From the NCBI GenBank assembly GCA_016618085.1, contig JABLTG010000195.1:1-33715 (forward strand): DNA of 33,715 nucleotides. The letters are read 5' to 3'. The translations under genes and the position numbers were made by a program. Below, piece after piece: positions 19,842 through 31,127 of the stretch (the first letter of the stretch is position 1; each line of letters starts with the position of its first letter). The stretch is from Neovahlkampfia damariscottae (lineage: Eukaryota). The notes beneath the pieces were generated by a model. It was given only the letters and a program-made list of their open reading frames with translations, ran no database searches and had not been told where the DNA came from.

Positions 19842-22636
19842 ATGACAAACGCTAAATTCATCGTAGTAATAATACTTTCTGTCATTCTGGTGGCTCTTTC
19901 GGATAAAGGTAATTTTTGAAGTACTTTCTAATAAATTCAGTTGTTTCCTGGAAAAACGAAAGAACGAGAGGAGCTTCACCTTTAGAGCGTGAACATCACA
20001 CTTGCGAACTCATAAAGGACTCATTTTATATTTTTGGAGGTAGATCCTCACTCACAAGTTGGACCAACTCTATCCATTCCTTCAAATTTGGTTCGTTTTT
20101 AAAAAACTAAAATTTTTCAGGTGATTCAAGTTGGAAACAAATAAAACCAGAAGGAAACGTTCCTGGTGTTGATGGACATACAATGGCAAGCTTAGGTTCA
20201 AAAATTTGGATCACAGGAGGAAGAACTGGTGTTTTTTCATCCAACTCAGACACATCAGTTTTTGACACAGGTTTGTGTTAACACTATATTTTTAACCATT
20301 CAACAGATAGTGATACATTCAAAACTGTCCAAACTAAAGGAGAAGGTCCACCAGCTGGTCTTTTTTCAAGTTGTTCAATTGGAAGAGATAACTCTTTCAT
20401 TGTTTTTGGTGGCACAGTGAAAGAAAATAACAAATATGTTGAAAAGAATGATGTATACAGTTTAAATACAGTTACTTTAGTTTGGTCAAAAGTTAAAACA
20501 ACTGGTGATGCACCTGTAATTCAAGGACATAAATGTGTTACTTTTGGAAACAAAATGTATGTGTTTGGTGGAATTGGAGCGAACAAAGTATTTTCAACAA
20601 ATGTATATTTCTTAGATTTAGAAAAAAATGCTTGGTCTACAGTAACAAGAGACATGAAACCACGTGCATTCTCTTCTGCTAGTGTTATTGATCAACGTGC
20701 ATATTTATTTGGAGGTGTTAATAGTCAATATGTTTTAGAAGATTTATTAGTATTCAACCTTGTTACACATTCATGGGAACAACCAAAGATTCAAGGAAAT
20801 ACTATTCCAAGACAAGGACATTGCTCAGTTGGACATGACGGAAAAGTTTACATCTTTGGAGGAAAATCAAATTATCAAAAATTTTTAAATGATGTTGTTG
20901 TTTTAGACACAAAACCTGGTTCAAGAAAAGAAGAAGAAAAAGATCTTTCAGCTAAAATTCAAGCAGATATTATCAAATTTAACATTTTACTTCAATCAAA
21001 AACTGTACCTGTCAAAATCCAATCAGAATTAAAAGAACTCTTAGCATCAGATGCAAAAGAAGAAGAACTCTTAAAAGGAATTCAAGCACAATTAAAAGCT
21101 TGGGATGAAGTCGAAACAATGTATACTTTAATGACATCAGCTAAAGCAAATGTTCATAAAATTTCATCAGGATTTGATTATGATATTAAAGCAATTGAAA
21201 CTTTAACTGGTTCAGTTGAACAAAGAAGAAAAGCATTAAATGAACTTTCTACTTTATTACAATCTTCAATTAATGATTTAAAAACAAAAGAAGAATTATC
21301 AAAAGTTGCAACACAAAAAAAAATGAATATTAAAGATACACTTGATCAAGCACAAGCATTACTTCGTTCACTTAAAAATGAAATTAGTTCTGGAAATACC
21401 AAAAGACAGCAATTAATTCATGAAGATTCAAGACTTAAACAAAGATTAAGTTTATTAGATAGTAGAAAAAAAGAAATACAAAAAACAGCAGAATATTCAC
21501 AAGCTAATGCAAAAGATTTTCAAACTAAAGAAAAAGAACTCAATGAAGAATTAACAAAACTCAGAGAAAGACTTTCAAAAATTGATCAAGAAAAAGAAAA
21601 ACTTGAAAAAAAATTTGAAGAACAAAATAATAGTCTTGCAGAAGTTGTTAGACAACTTGATAAATTTAAAGAAATGACAAAAGCTGGAGAAAGTTTGAAA
21701 GATGTTTATAAAGATGTTGTTAAAGCTCAAGAAACATATAAAGCTCAAAAAAAGAATTTTGCAACATTATTTCAAGTTGGTGATGTTAATTCAGATTCAG
21801 AACAAAAACAAAAAGATGATGAACTTTCATATTTAGATAGACTTTTAAATAAAAAAGATGAATTGCTCAAAAACAAAGCAGCTCTTGCTGCAGCTCTTGA
21901 AACAGCAAAAGGAGAACTTGTTGAACATAGTAATTTAAGTTCAAATCTCAAAGGAGAAGAAGCTAAAATTAAAAAAGCTTTAGATGATGTTTCAAGTAAT
22001 CTTGCTCAAGTTACTGGTGAATCAAGTGCAAAATCTGCTGAAAAAGAAAAAGTAGATCATGAATGGACATCAGTTTATGCTGCAATTGAAAAAACAAAAG
22101 ATGACTTATCTGATTTAGTAACAAGATCAAAAAGTTTAGGTGGTAAAGTTTCAAAAGCTTCATTAGAAGAAGAAAAAGTTAGAAAAGAATTTGAAGAAGC
22201 TCAAAGAAATGAAGCTGATGCACTGAAAAATTTACAATCAACACAAAGACAAATGGAAGCTCAATATGTTCAATTTCATGAACAACTTACACAATTCCAA
22301 CAAGAAAGTGAAGACGTTGAAACAAAAGGACATGAACTTGAAGCATCAAAACTCAGTTTCACAACACAAAGAAAAGATGTTGATACAAATAAACAAAAAT
22401 TGATGAAAAAAATTAAAGAAATTGATGATGAAAGAAATGCTCAAATGAACAAAATGGTTTCTGATTTAAAATTAGAAGTTGAATCACGAGACAAAAAAGT
22501 TAAAGAACTTGAACAACAAATTTTAGATATGAAAAAAGCTCAAGAAGAAGCAAAGATGAAAGCTGAACAAGAACAAGCAGCAAAAAAAAAAGCTGAAGAA
22601 GAAGCAAAAAAATCAGCTGAAACAAAAAAAAATTAA
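19842..22636 (+). CDS. Signal-peptide kelch-repeat protein with a long coiled-coil tail
   Basis: ATG 19842 MTNAKFIVVIILSVILVALS. Introns 19909-19940, 20091-20120 and 20271-20306 restore the frame. Six kelch blades (YIFGG, WITGG, IVFGG, YVFGG, YLFGG, YIFGG) are followed by about 570 aa of heptad-rich sequence. Confidence 0.85.
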
Positions 22637-22773
22637 TGACAGAATAAAAAATTTTCAATTTATAAAACCTAATACTCCTCAATCCTTTTTTCACTTGAGA
22701 ACTGATTCAACTCAACCAAATTTTACAATTGCTCATCATCGTCCAATAAATTGTCCAATTATTTCCACACCAA

Positions 22774-23157
22774 ATGTCCTCTGAAGAGTACATAACTCTG
22801 ATTAGGTTTGATAAATTACAATTAAAAATAAAAGTGCAGAAGATTTTGAATACATCATCAGCAAGAAAGCTGCAATGAATTCAAAATTGTTACAAGGTTT
22901 AAAAACAAAATTAAATTTATTTTTTTTTTTTAGGAATGGTGGAAGATGAATCTGGACCTTTTTCATGTTCTGAAAAAATACCTCTTTATGATATATCATC
23001 AGAAACACTGGAAAGAGTTTGTCAATATTTAAATGAAAAAGAAGAAAATACTTCAATTATTAACTTTTTACCACTTTTATCATTAGATTCAAAAACAAAA
23101 GAAGGAAAAGAAGCTATAGTTGAATTACTTTTAGCTGCAAATTATTTAGATTGTTAA
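22774..23157 (+). CDS. ELOC: Elongin C (Skp1/POZ family)
   Basis: Introns 22806-22834 and 22897-22933 give MSSEEYITLISAEDFEYIISKKAAMNSKLLQGM...ISSETLERVCQYL...VELLLAANYLDC. Confidence 0.85.
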
Positions 23158-23176
23158 ATGTATAAAAATGAATGAT

Positions 23177-23926
23177 TTAATCAATTAATTTTTTTTGTTT
23201 GAAGAAACCTGTTAGAGAATACATTTGCCATAAAGCAGTTCCAATTAAAATAAAAACCAAAGCTAAATGAAGACCAACCATACGATACTTTATAGCATCT
23301 GTAGTTTCTCTAAATTTCTTTTCTCTTAATTTCATATAATTCAATTCATTTGAAACTTCAACAACATGACTCTGTACATTTTCGATACCCATTTCAATTC
23401 GATGAACTCTATCTTTTTTTTCAAAATTTTTTAATTCTTGATGTTGATTAACTAAAACTTCAATATTAACACTCTTTCATAAAAATTAAAAAACGAAAAA
23501 ATAATTTTTACGTAATGATGAGGAATAGAAAAACTATTTGAAAAAAATGAATCATAAAAATAAATAATACGTTGATATTTTTGAATTTATCATGAAACAA
23601 ACTTCATAAAAACCTTGTTCTTCTGTTGAATCAAAAACGAAACCTTGTTTTGATGTTTCTTCTGTTTTATGTTCTAATTTGACTCCATTTGGATCTATAA
23701 AAGATAATTCTACCACAGGTGGATGTGATTCTATAAGTGATGGTTGTGTACTCACTATTTCATAATTGAAGTAACTTTGAAGTTTAACTTTATTTTTTTC
23801 TTACACTGTTTGTTTATTTACTAAATCTTCATAGAAACATTTTTCTTGTCCATCAATCATAATTAAGTTTAAACTGAAGGTTCCGCAGATCAAAGTGAAT
23901 AAAATCAGAATTGCTGTGTTCTTCAT
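23177..23926 (-). CDS. emp24/gp25L/p24 (TMED) cargo receptor
   Basis: Signal peptide, GOLD motifs (EKCFYEDL, GFYEVCF), coiled coil, TM and C-terminal FFKQKKLID. Three short introns and a 22-nt exon at 23512-23533. One apparent homopolymer frameshift near 23757. Confidence 0.9.
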
Positions 23927-24094
23927 TTGGATTTAAAATTATTGATGAGTTGAGCGAATCAAATTACACCCTTTTAAAAACAAAAACAAATCTAATTTTT
24001 TTATTAAATTATTCAAAAAAAAAACATAAAATAGAGTTGAAAATATTAACCAATCATTACATTTCTTGGTTCAATTGTAACAAAACAAACAACA

Positions 24095-25702
24095 ATGTCG
24101 TTACGTAGTTTATTACCAAAACCAAAAAATTCAAAAGAAGTGAAATTAGATGACTCATTAACACAAAAAATAAAGTCAATTGAAACTACAAATAAATCCA
24201 ATTCTTCATATACAGTACCAAGTTATTTACATAGAAAGAATTTTATACCAAAAACAAACAAAGATTTTGGAGATGGTGGATCATTTCCTGAAATACATGT
24301 AACACAATTTCCACTTGGAATGGGACGTAAAGAATCCAAAGAATCAAGTGATGCTTTAGTTTTACAAATGGACGAAGAAGGAAATGAAAGTTATGATCAA
24401 ATTATTCGACAATCTGATGGAAAAAAGATAAAATTCACAAAATTTACAGATTTAATTGAAAAAACAGAACAAAATCTTGAAAAACCTGATGACAAAGTTT
24501 TAGAAGAAACAACAGAAAAAACTAAAAATGCCTTAGAAGAAATTGTACATGGAAAATTAATATCAAAAAAAAAAGATCAAAAAACAATGTTAGGAAATTC
24601 AAAAGAAACATTTATGAAATTTACTGATGATAAAAATAAAACTAAAATTATAAAGATGGTTGAGTTGCCAGTTGATCCTTTAGAACCACCAAAATTTAGA
24701 AATAAGAAATTACCACCAAGACCACCATCACCTCCTACTACAGTTATGCATTCACCACCAAAGAAATTGACTAAAGAAGATATGGAAATGTGGAAAATAC
24801 CACCTCCAATATCGAATTGGAAAAATCCAAAAGGATATACAATACCACTTGATAAAAGATTAGCTGCAGATGGTAGAGGTTTACAAGAAACACAAATTAA
24901 TAATCCTTTTGCAAAAATTGCAGATGCACTTTATACAGCTGAAAGAGTTGCAAGAGAAAATATTTCCAAAAGAGAAAAGTTTGAAAAAATGGTACAAGCA
25001 AAACAGCAAGAAGAAAGAGAAGAAAAAATTAAAGAATTAGCTCAAAAAGCAAGAGAACAAAGAAAAAAACGTGATGAATCAAGTGAAGATGAATCAAGTG
25101 AAGATTCTTCTGATGAAGAAGAAGAAAGAATAAGAAGAAGAAGAAAACAAATTGAATTTGAAAAAAAAAGAAAAGGAAAAACTATTGGTAGTGGTAGTAG
25201 TAGTGGTAATGGTGAAAGAGATATTTCAGAAAAAATAGCATTAGGACAACCTGTAAAATTAACTTCAGATGATCAAATGGATGCAAGACTTTATAATTTT
25301 GATTCTGGTTTAAGTTCTGGTAAAATTGGTATTTATGATCAACCATTATTTAATTCATCTTCATCTTCAATTTATAGACCAAAAGATGTTCAAAATTCAA
25401 ATGTAAATGTTGATGAAATAATGAAATCTGATAAATTTTCAAAACCAACACGTGAATTAACAGGTGGAAAACAAGAAGGTTTAGTCAAAAGTTCAAGACA
25501 TGATGGTCCAGTTGAATTTGAAAGAGATCCATTTGGATTGGATAAATTTTTAACAGAATCAAAACAAGGTAAAAAAAGAACGTTAGATGAATCAATTGGA
25601 AAAACTGGATCAATGTCAATTCATGGTGGATCAACTGAATATAATTCATTAAAGAATTCAAAAAGATCAAAAATTAATTTTGAACCTTCAAAAGAAGAAT
25701 AA
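24095..25702 (+). CDS. SNW1: SNW domain-containing protein 1 / SKIP / Prp45 (spliceosome)
   Basis: DFGDGGSFPEIHVTQFPLGMG, VDPLEPPKF, MHSPP, ISNWKNPKGYTIPLDKRLAADGRGL, ERDISEKIALG, DPFGLDKFL. Confidence 0.97.
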   Translation: MSLRSLLPKPKNSKEVKLDDSLTQKIKSIETTNKSNSSYTVPSYLHRKNFIPKTNKDFGDGGSFPEIHVTQFPLGMGRKESKESSDALVLQMDEEGNESYDQIIRQSDGKKIKFTKFTDLIEKTEQNLEKPDDKVLEETTEKTKNALEEIVHGKLISKKKDQKTMLGNSKETFMKFTDDKNKTKIIKMVELPVDPLEPPKFRNKKLPPRPPSPPTTVMHSPPKKLTKEDMEMWKIPPPISNWKNPKGYTIPLDKRLAADGRGLQETQINNPFAKIADALYTAERVARENISKREKFEKMVQAKQQEEREEKIKELAQKAREQRKKRDESSEDESSEDSSDEEEERIRRRRKQIEFEKKRKGKTIGSGSSSGNGERDISEKIALGQPVKLTSDDQMDARLYNFDSGLSSGKIGIYDQPLFNSSSSSIYRPKDVQNSNVNVDEIMKSDKFSKPTRELTGGKQEGLVKSSRHDGPVEFERDPFGLDKFLTESKQGKKRTLDESIGKTGSMSIHGGSTEYNSLKNSKRSKINFEPSKEE

Positions 25703-25704
25703 AT

Positions 25705-27294
25705 TTATTTTTTCAATGAACTTGCTAACATTAATGTATCAATTGAACCTTTTAAACTTATTAAATCTTTTTGTAAATTAATTTCTTCAACAATTAATTT
25801 TCTAATAATTCTAAAATGTTCATCTACCGTTTTAGATTCACCAATGACAGGAGTGTAAATATTCAAAACTGATTCAGTTAATTCAATTAACATTGAAGAA
25901 TAACTTGGATCTCTTATATATTGAATTATAAATTTCAACAATGGAAGTATTGTTTCTTCATTTCTGCTCTCCAATGAATTTAATAATTCATTTCTATTTT
26001 TTAATTCTTGAATTAAACTTAACACATTAATTGGATTTCCTAATTCTAATGCTTCATCTAATGCTCCTTTATAATCAAAAAATCTAAGTTTTGTTTGAAG
26101 TTTTGATAAATTGATTGTTCTTTGTTGAGGTAAATGAACTTGATTTTGTATTTGAAAAATTTGATCTTGTAAATATGTATTGATCATATTTCTATAATTA
26201 GTTGTTGTTAAAAGATCTGATTTATATTCTAAAATTGGTTTAATTTCATCTCTTCTTGTCATTTTTGTTATATTTCCTAATGCCCCAACAACAATTCTTA
26301 ATTCATCATTCTTTATTTTTTTAAAGAGTTTAAAAACTTACAGAAACACCAAATGATAATAATTGATCTTTAAATTTCATTGAATGAAGAATTGAATAAT
26401 TTTTTGTATCATAAAATTTGAAATATCCATCAATACTTGAAGAAAACATTTTTGAACCATCTTGATTAAAACGAATATTTGTAATTGTATTTTGATGTGT
26501 AACATATTTTTTAAATTTATAAGTTGAAAGATTCCAAACTTTAATATGAGAACCACCTGCTGTTATTAAAATTGGTTCAGTTGGATGTTTAATAATTGAT
26601 TCAATAGGTTTTCCATGATCCAATGTTTTAATTGATTTATTTGTTTTAATATCCCAAATTTTAACTGAATGATCATATGATCCAGATGCGAATGTATTTT
26701 CAGATAAAATACAACCTGTTCTAACATAATCTTGATGTTCTTGAAAACTATTCACACAATTTGTTGAAATTACATCCCAAAGTCCAATTGATTTATCATC
26801 AGAAAATGACAATACTTTATCAATTCCTAAGAATTTGACTTGATGAATTGGACTATCATGTGCTTGAAAATTTCGAAGTGGAAGATTTGTATTTTGTTTA
26901 GACATATCTGATGATTTTGTTGCAATTAATCTCATTCTACCTTCTTCATCACCTGTCATAAATACAGTTCCATCTTTAAAAAATAGTTTTAATTTTTTAT
27001 TTTAAAAAAACCTCTTCTGTAATTTACTGTATGTTGTGTACCTCCAAATCTTGAAAATTCTTGAATTATTTCATCTTGGTCATTGTAAATATGTATTAAA
27101 TTTCCATGGACAACTATATATTCATTTTTATCTAATGGACTGAACTCAATGTGTGAATTTAATCCTTTTGAGAAAATTGGTGTATTTTTTTTAAAGTTCT
27201 TGTAGAGATTATCTTGGTTTGTGATTAGTTTTTTTTTTGAGAATTTAATTTCTTTTAGGTGGGCTGTTGGTTTTTCAAGTTGTTGAGTAAACAT
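25705..27294 (-). CDS. UTP15: U3 snoRNA-associated protein 15 (WD40 plus UTP15 C-terminal domain)
   Basis: HQDYVRT, SGSYDHSVKIWD, LDHGKPIES and HQNTIT; C-terminal LRFFDYKGALD..ELKNRNEL..RNEETILPLLKF. Introns 26974-27011 and 26311-26341. Probable ATG at 27294. Confidence 0.9.
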
Positions 27295-27899
27295 GTTCAA
27301 AAAATTATGCAAGGAATGACCAATCAAAAATGACGAATAAAATGAAACCAATTTACTCACAAGTTCATGTGCAGGCTGGTCTGGAAGAAAGTAAAAACAG
27401 AGTTCTAGGTAAAACAGAGACAATTTATAATAAGGAAAAAAATTAGAAAAAGTAAAAGAGAAAAGATAAAAATGAAGTGAAGAGAATTTAATTGACAATT
27501 TTGAGTGAAATTGGATTCTTTGAATTGGATAGAATTCAAACTATATTCTCATTCACATGTACACCACAATTTTATCAATTTGCTCTCCTAAATGAAAAAT
27601 GGAGTTTTCAGCATAATTTTTTAGTTTCTTTGGTCTCTACAACATATGACGTCAAAGTTTGGTGATCTTGACATCAGTAATTGCTCAAATCGTTCACAAC
27701 AATAATCATCCAATCAAATGCCGATTTTTCAAATCGACAAATTAAAAACTGAAAACAAAAATTGTTTCGAAAAAGTTTTATCAAATTCAAATCTACACTT
27801 CTAAAAACTGAATTATCGAATTGCTGACATTGGTCAATTTCAAATTATCCAATCAAATAGTCACATTTACTCACTTGACGTTTCAGCAGGAGAACTGTC

Positions 27900-29364
27900 A
27901 TGATAAGAAGAAACACCATGAAAAAGATCCAAAAAACAGACAAAATGGAAAAAGTAGATGAACAAAAGGAAGAAATATTTGACAAAACCAAATTCGTTGT
28001 CCACTTTGAATCCGTTTTTACAAACAAAAAAATGTCCACATGTTTTTACAACTTTTTAAAAACTGAACACAGTTCAGAGGCTTTTGACTTTTTATTAGAG
28101 GTGAAGAAATTAGAAACACTTAAAGACGAAAAATTACAAGCACCAAAAGCTTCTGAAATCATTGTCACATTTGTTGAAGTGGATTCACAAAAAGAATTGA
28201 ATCTTTCAGGGGAACTTCGAAACAAAACGTTAAAACTCTTTGAAAAACAACAGAACGTTTATGACAAATGGGTTTTAGATATTACACCCATCCAAGTATT
28301 TGCTGAATGTTTCAAACTTGTTGCAGGTGTTTTAAGACATGATTCATTCAAAAGATTTGTAAGAACACCTCAATGTGAAAAAGTAATGATGCAATTTAAA
28401 AATGATAGTTCCGTTATTTCACCTGCTCTCACAAATATTTATTCATATCAAAACGAATATTTTACTCATCCACACATTGATGACTCAGATTTTGATTTTT
28501 TTAAAAGTCTTCTTGAAGATAATTATAACTGGAAGGTAAATTTATTTTAATGAAATTTTAAAAATCCAGTTGATTGGTTCAAAAGTTGAAGAACAAGTTA
28601 ATGCATTCACATCTGAAACAAATTATTTACCTGAAGTTCGTATTTCAAATACTATTGTAAATGCTGTCAAATTTGAAACAATTTTGCCATGTACATTTGA
28701 TCAATCACTTTTGAGTTATTTTTCAAATGAAATGTTAATGAAATCAGATCCAAATTGTAGAAGAATAAGAAATGTTGATTATTTTGAATATGATAAATTG
28801 ATGAAAATTTATAAAGAACAACAAAAAGAAAATCAAATTGAAAAGTACAAAAGAGATTTGAATGTATGTGCTTTAGAATTTGCTTTACCTTTTCCATTCA
28901 ATCCAAGATTTGCAAACCGAGCTGATTCTTGTCATTATGATCCAGAAACAAAAACTTTTATGAGACTTGGAAAAAATTTTTATCAAGATGGAGAATTTGG
29001 TAAACCTGTAAAAGTTGAAATGGCTTGCAAAAGAGGTTCAGAACAGTCAACTATGATGAAGGCTTATACTTTTTTTTTATTTTCTTGCGCATTTTTTCAA
29101 AAAATTGATGAAAAAAAAGTTCTTTACAAAGATATTGTGTTGATGGATCTTGGTGGTTGGGGATCTTCTAAAATGATGATTTCAAAAATTATTAAAGATA
29201 GAAAAGATAAATTTAAGGGATCAATTCTTAAAATAATAAATGAACATGTTCCAGAAACAATGAAATTTGCAGATGTCTCAGAAAAACTAAACAAAGAAAT
29301 TGACGGAAAACCTGCAGATGGTTTCGCAAAATTATTGGGAAATATTGATTTTGGGGAATATTGA
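27900..29364 (+). CDS. RGS-domain protein with a C-terminal START/helix-grip-like region
   Basis: RGS motifs FYNFLKTEHSSEAFDFLLEV, SQKELNLSG and LRHDSFKRF. Intron 28536-28569. C-terminal LPFPFNPR and DLGGW (the START-like call is an inference). Confidence 0.8.
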
Positions 29365-29497
29365 AATGCATGAATCTTCAAAAAAAATGTAAATAAATAT
29401 TTAATGATATTTCCAAAATGATTTTATCTAAATTTATCAAAAAAACTTTTATACCAACAACCAATCAAATCAAAATGAAGAATCAAAAAAGGAATTG

Positions 29498-30045
29498 ATG
29501 AGCAACAAAAGAAAAGAAAGTGAAGTCAAACTGTTTCAATTTCCAAAAAAAAAGAAAACAGATGATGAAAATACCAGAAATTACTCAAACCAAGAAGTTG
29601 ATTCAAAAAAATTAAAAACAAAAGTAGTCAATGTAAAGGTGTCCTATCTAAGACCAAAGTACCAAAATTTAAAAGAGTTTTGTGAAGATAAAAATAATCT
29701 CTACATTGGTATTTATTTTGCTGAGCTAACCATTTCACAGGAAGAGAAGGAATCGTTTTCATTGAAAAAGAGAGGTACCCAAAGAAGAGAAGTCCATGGG
29801 CCAATCCTTTCAAAGTAGACAAGAAAATGACAAGGGAAAAATCAATAGATCAATATGAGACATACATTAGAAAAAAAATAAAAAATGGTGAATTAGATTT
29901 GAAAGAACTTGAAGGGAAAACTTTAGGTTGTTGGTGTAAACCTCAAAGTTGTCATGGGGATACTCTTCTGAAATTATTGAAAGAGAACAATCAAAAAAAA
30001 GAATTAAAAGATCAAAATGAAACAGAAAATGAAATTAAGAAATAA
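29498..30045 (+). CDS. DUF4326 domain protein
   Basis: A 32-nt intron (29709-29740) gives NLYIGREG..SPWANPFKV..REKSIDQYETYI..ELEGKTLGCWCKPQSCHGDTL. Confidence 0.85.
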
Positions 30046-30152
30046 AGTTCTTATTGTTTTTTATTTTGTTAATCTTCAATCGAACAATGAAAAGATCCAA
30101 ATTGAATCAAGAAAAAAGTTTTGGATTTTCATATTCGAGTGGTGGTGTGTGT

Positions 30153-30236
30153 GGCGGGAAGTTGTGAATAAAATAAATTTTATTTACAAAAAGGCGGAAA
30201 TTCAAAACCTGACGGTTTCTCTTCCTGCTTCGCCTT
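30153..30236 (+). other. Predicted structured, pseudoknotted non-coding element
   Basis: GGCGGGAAG (30153-61) pairs with CTTCCTGCT (30221-29). It encloses a 12-bp hairpin at 30162-30189 and AAACC/GGTTT at 30205-30218. AAGGCG (30191-96) pairs with CGCCTT (30231-36) across the outer stem. Confidence 0.45.
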
Positions 30237-30343
30237 GAACAATTTAATAACTCCAATCTAATTGAAACATTTAATTTATTACTTTAAATTACCATTACCT
30301 ATTTACCAATTAAATTATAACAAAAAGGAATAAGATAAGGAAC

Positions 30344-30591
30344 TGGTAAAATGGTAAGGTGGTTTTTGGAATTTTATAAAATTTTGAAAAATGGTTCAAT
30401 TTTACAGGGAAGGATTAAGTGGTCCGACCAACCTACCAAATGACCGGAAATTAAAAACTGGTAAAATTAAATTGGTGGTAAAATGGTAAGGTGGTTTTAG
30501 GAAAATCTGAAACTTTTAAAAAATGGTCAATTTTACAGGAAAGGATTTTAAGAGCTGACCAACCTACCAGATGACCGGACAATAAAAACTG
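30344..30591 (+). repeat. Two diverged ~117-bp direct repeats (30344-30460 and 30476-30591, period 132)
   Basis: Shared blocks TGGTAAAATGGTAAGGTGGTTTT, AAAAATGGT, CAATTTTACAGG, GACCAACCTACCARATGACCGGA and TAAAAACTG. Confidence 0.9.
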
Positions 30592-30716
30592 ACAACTGAA
30601 TGTCACCAACAAATTTTTCGGAAAATTATTGTCCAACAGAAATGAAGGAAAAAGTAAAGTCAATTTTGTAAAAATAACCAATCAAATTAATTTTTGAAAC
30701 AAACAAAACAAAGAAA

Positions 30717-31127
30717 ATGAGTAGCAAGTATTATGTTGGAATCTCTCAAGGAGGTCTTGGTATAACTCGCAAACCAATTCCAAAAGAATTTTTAGGTTTT
30801 TATACAGAGAATTTAAGAGTATGTTATGCTATATTCATGAGATGGAAAAATAAAGACGGTGAACATTTTATCAGCTTTTTACATTATGATGAAAGATTTA
30901 CTCTCAAAAAAATAAAGGACCATTTTAAAGAAGACACATTAGATGGACTTTTTCTCTTTAAAAATGAAGAATATAGTGATAATATTATAATGGAAGAATT
31001 TGATTTTATTTGCAACGATAATGAAAAAGAAAAAGAATCATATGAAAAATTACTGACAAAATACAAAGAAATTCACAAAAAATATGTTGATTTGAAAAAA
31101 GAAAATTATAATTTAAAAGAGAGATAA
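30717..31127 (+). CDS. Probable fusion ORF: N-terminal CheD/CNF1/YfiH/NTAN1-like deamidase fragment joined to a virus-type coiled-coil ORF starting at ATG 30990
   Basis: YVGISQG..TENLRVCYAIFMR..ISFLHYD has the Cys...His-x-Asp spacing of the fold. A host-type CCAATCA box lies upstream. An internal copy of the virus-type upstream motif precedes the in-frame ATG 30990. Confidence 0.45.
   Translation: MSSKYYVGISQGGLGITRKPIPKEFLGFYTENLRVCYAIFMRWKNKDGEHFISFLHYDERFTLKKIKDHFKEDTLDGLFLFKNEEYSDNIIMEEFDFICNDNEKEKESYEKLLTKYKEIHKKYVDLKKENYNLKER

Noticed and set aside
25073..25210. GATGAATCAAGTGAA duplication and GGTAGT/AGT repeats
   Set aside because: They encode low-complexity DESSE and GSGSSSG stretches inside SNW1 and are not independent elements.
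30153..30236. HDV-like or hammerhead ribozyme
   Set aside because: The minus-strand helix order resembles HDV topology, but the P1.1 GG and catalytic J4/2 strand are absent and the G-U pairs become A-C mismatches. CTGACGG does not match the hammerhead CUGAnGA core.
30344..30591. CRISPR array
   Set aside because: Only two long diverged units, no repeat-spacer periodicity and no cas genes.
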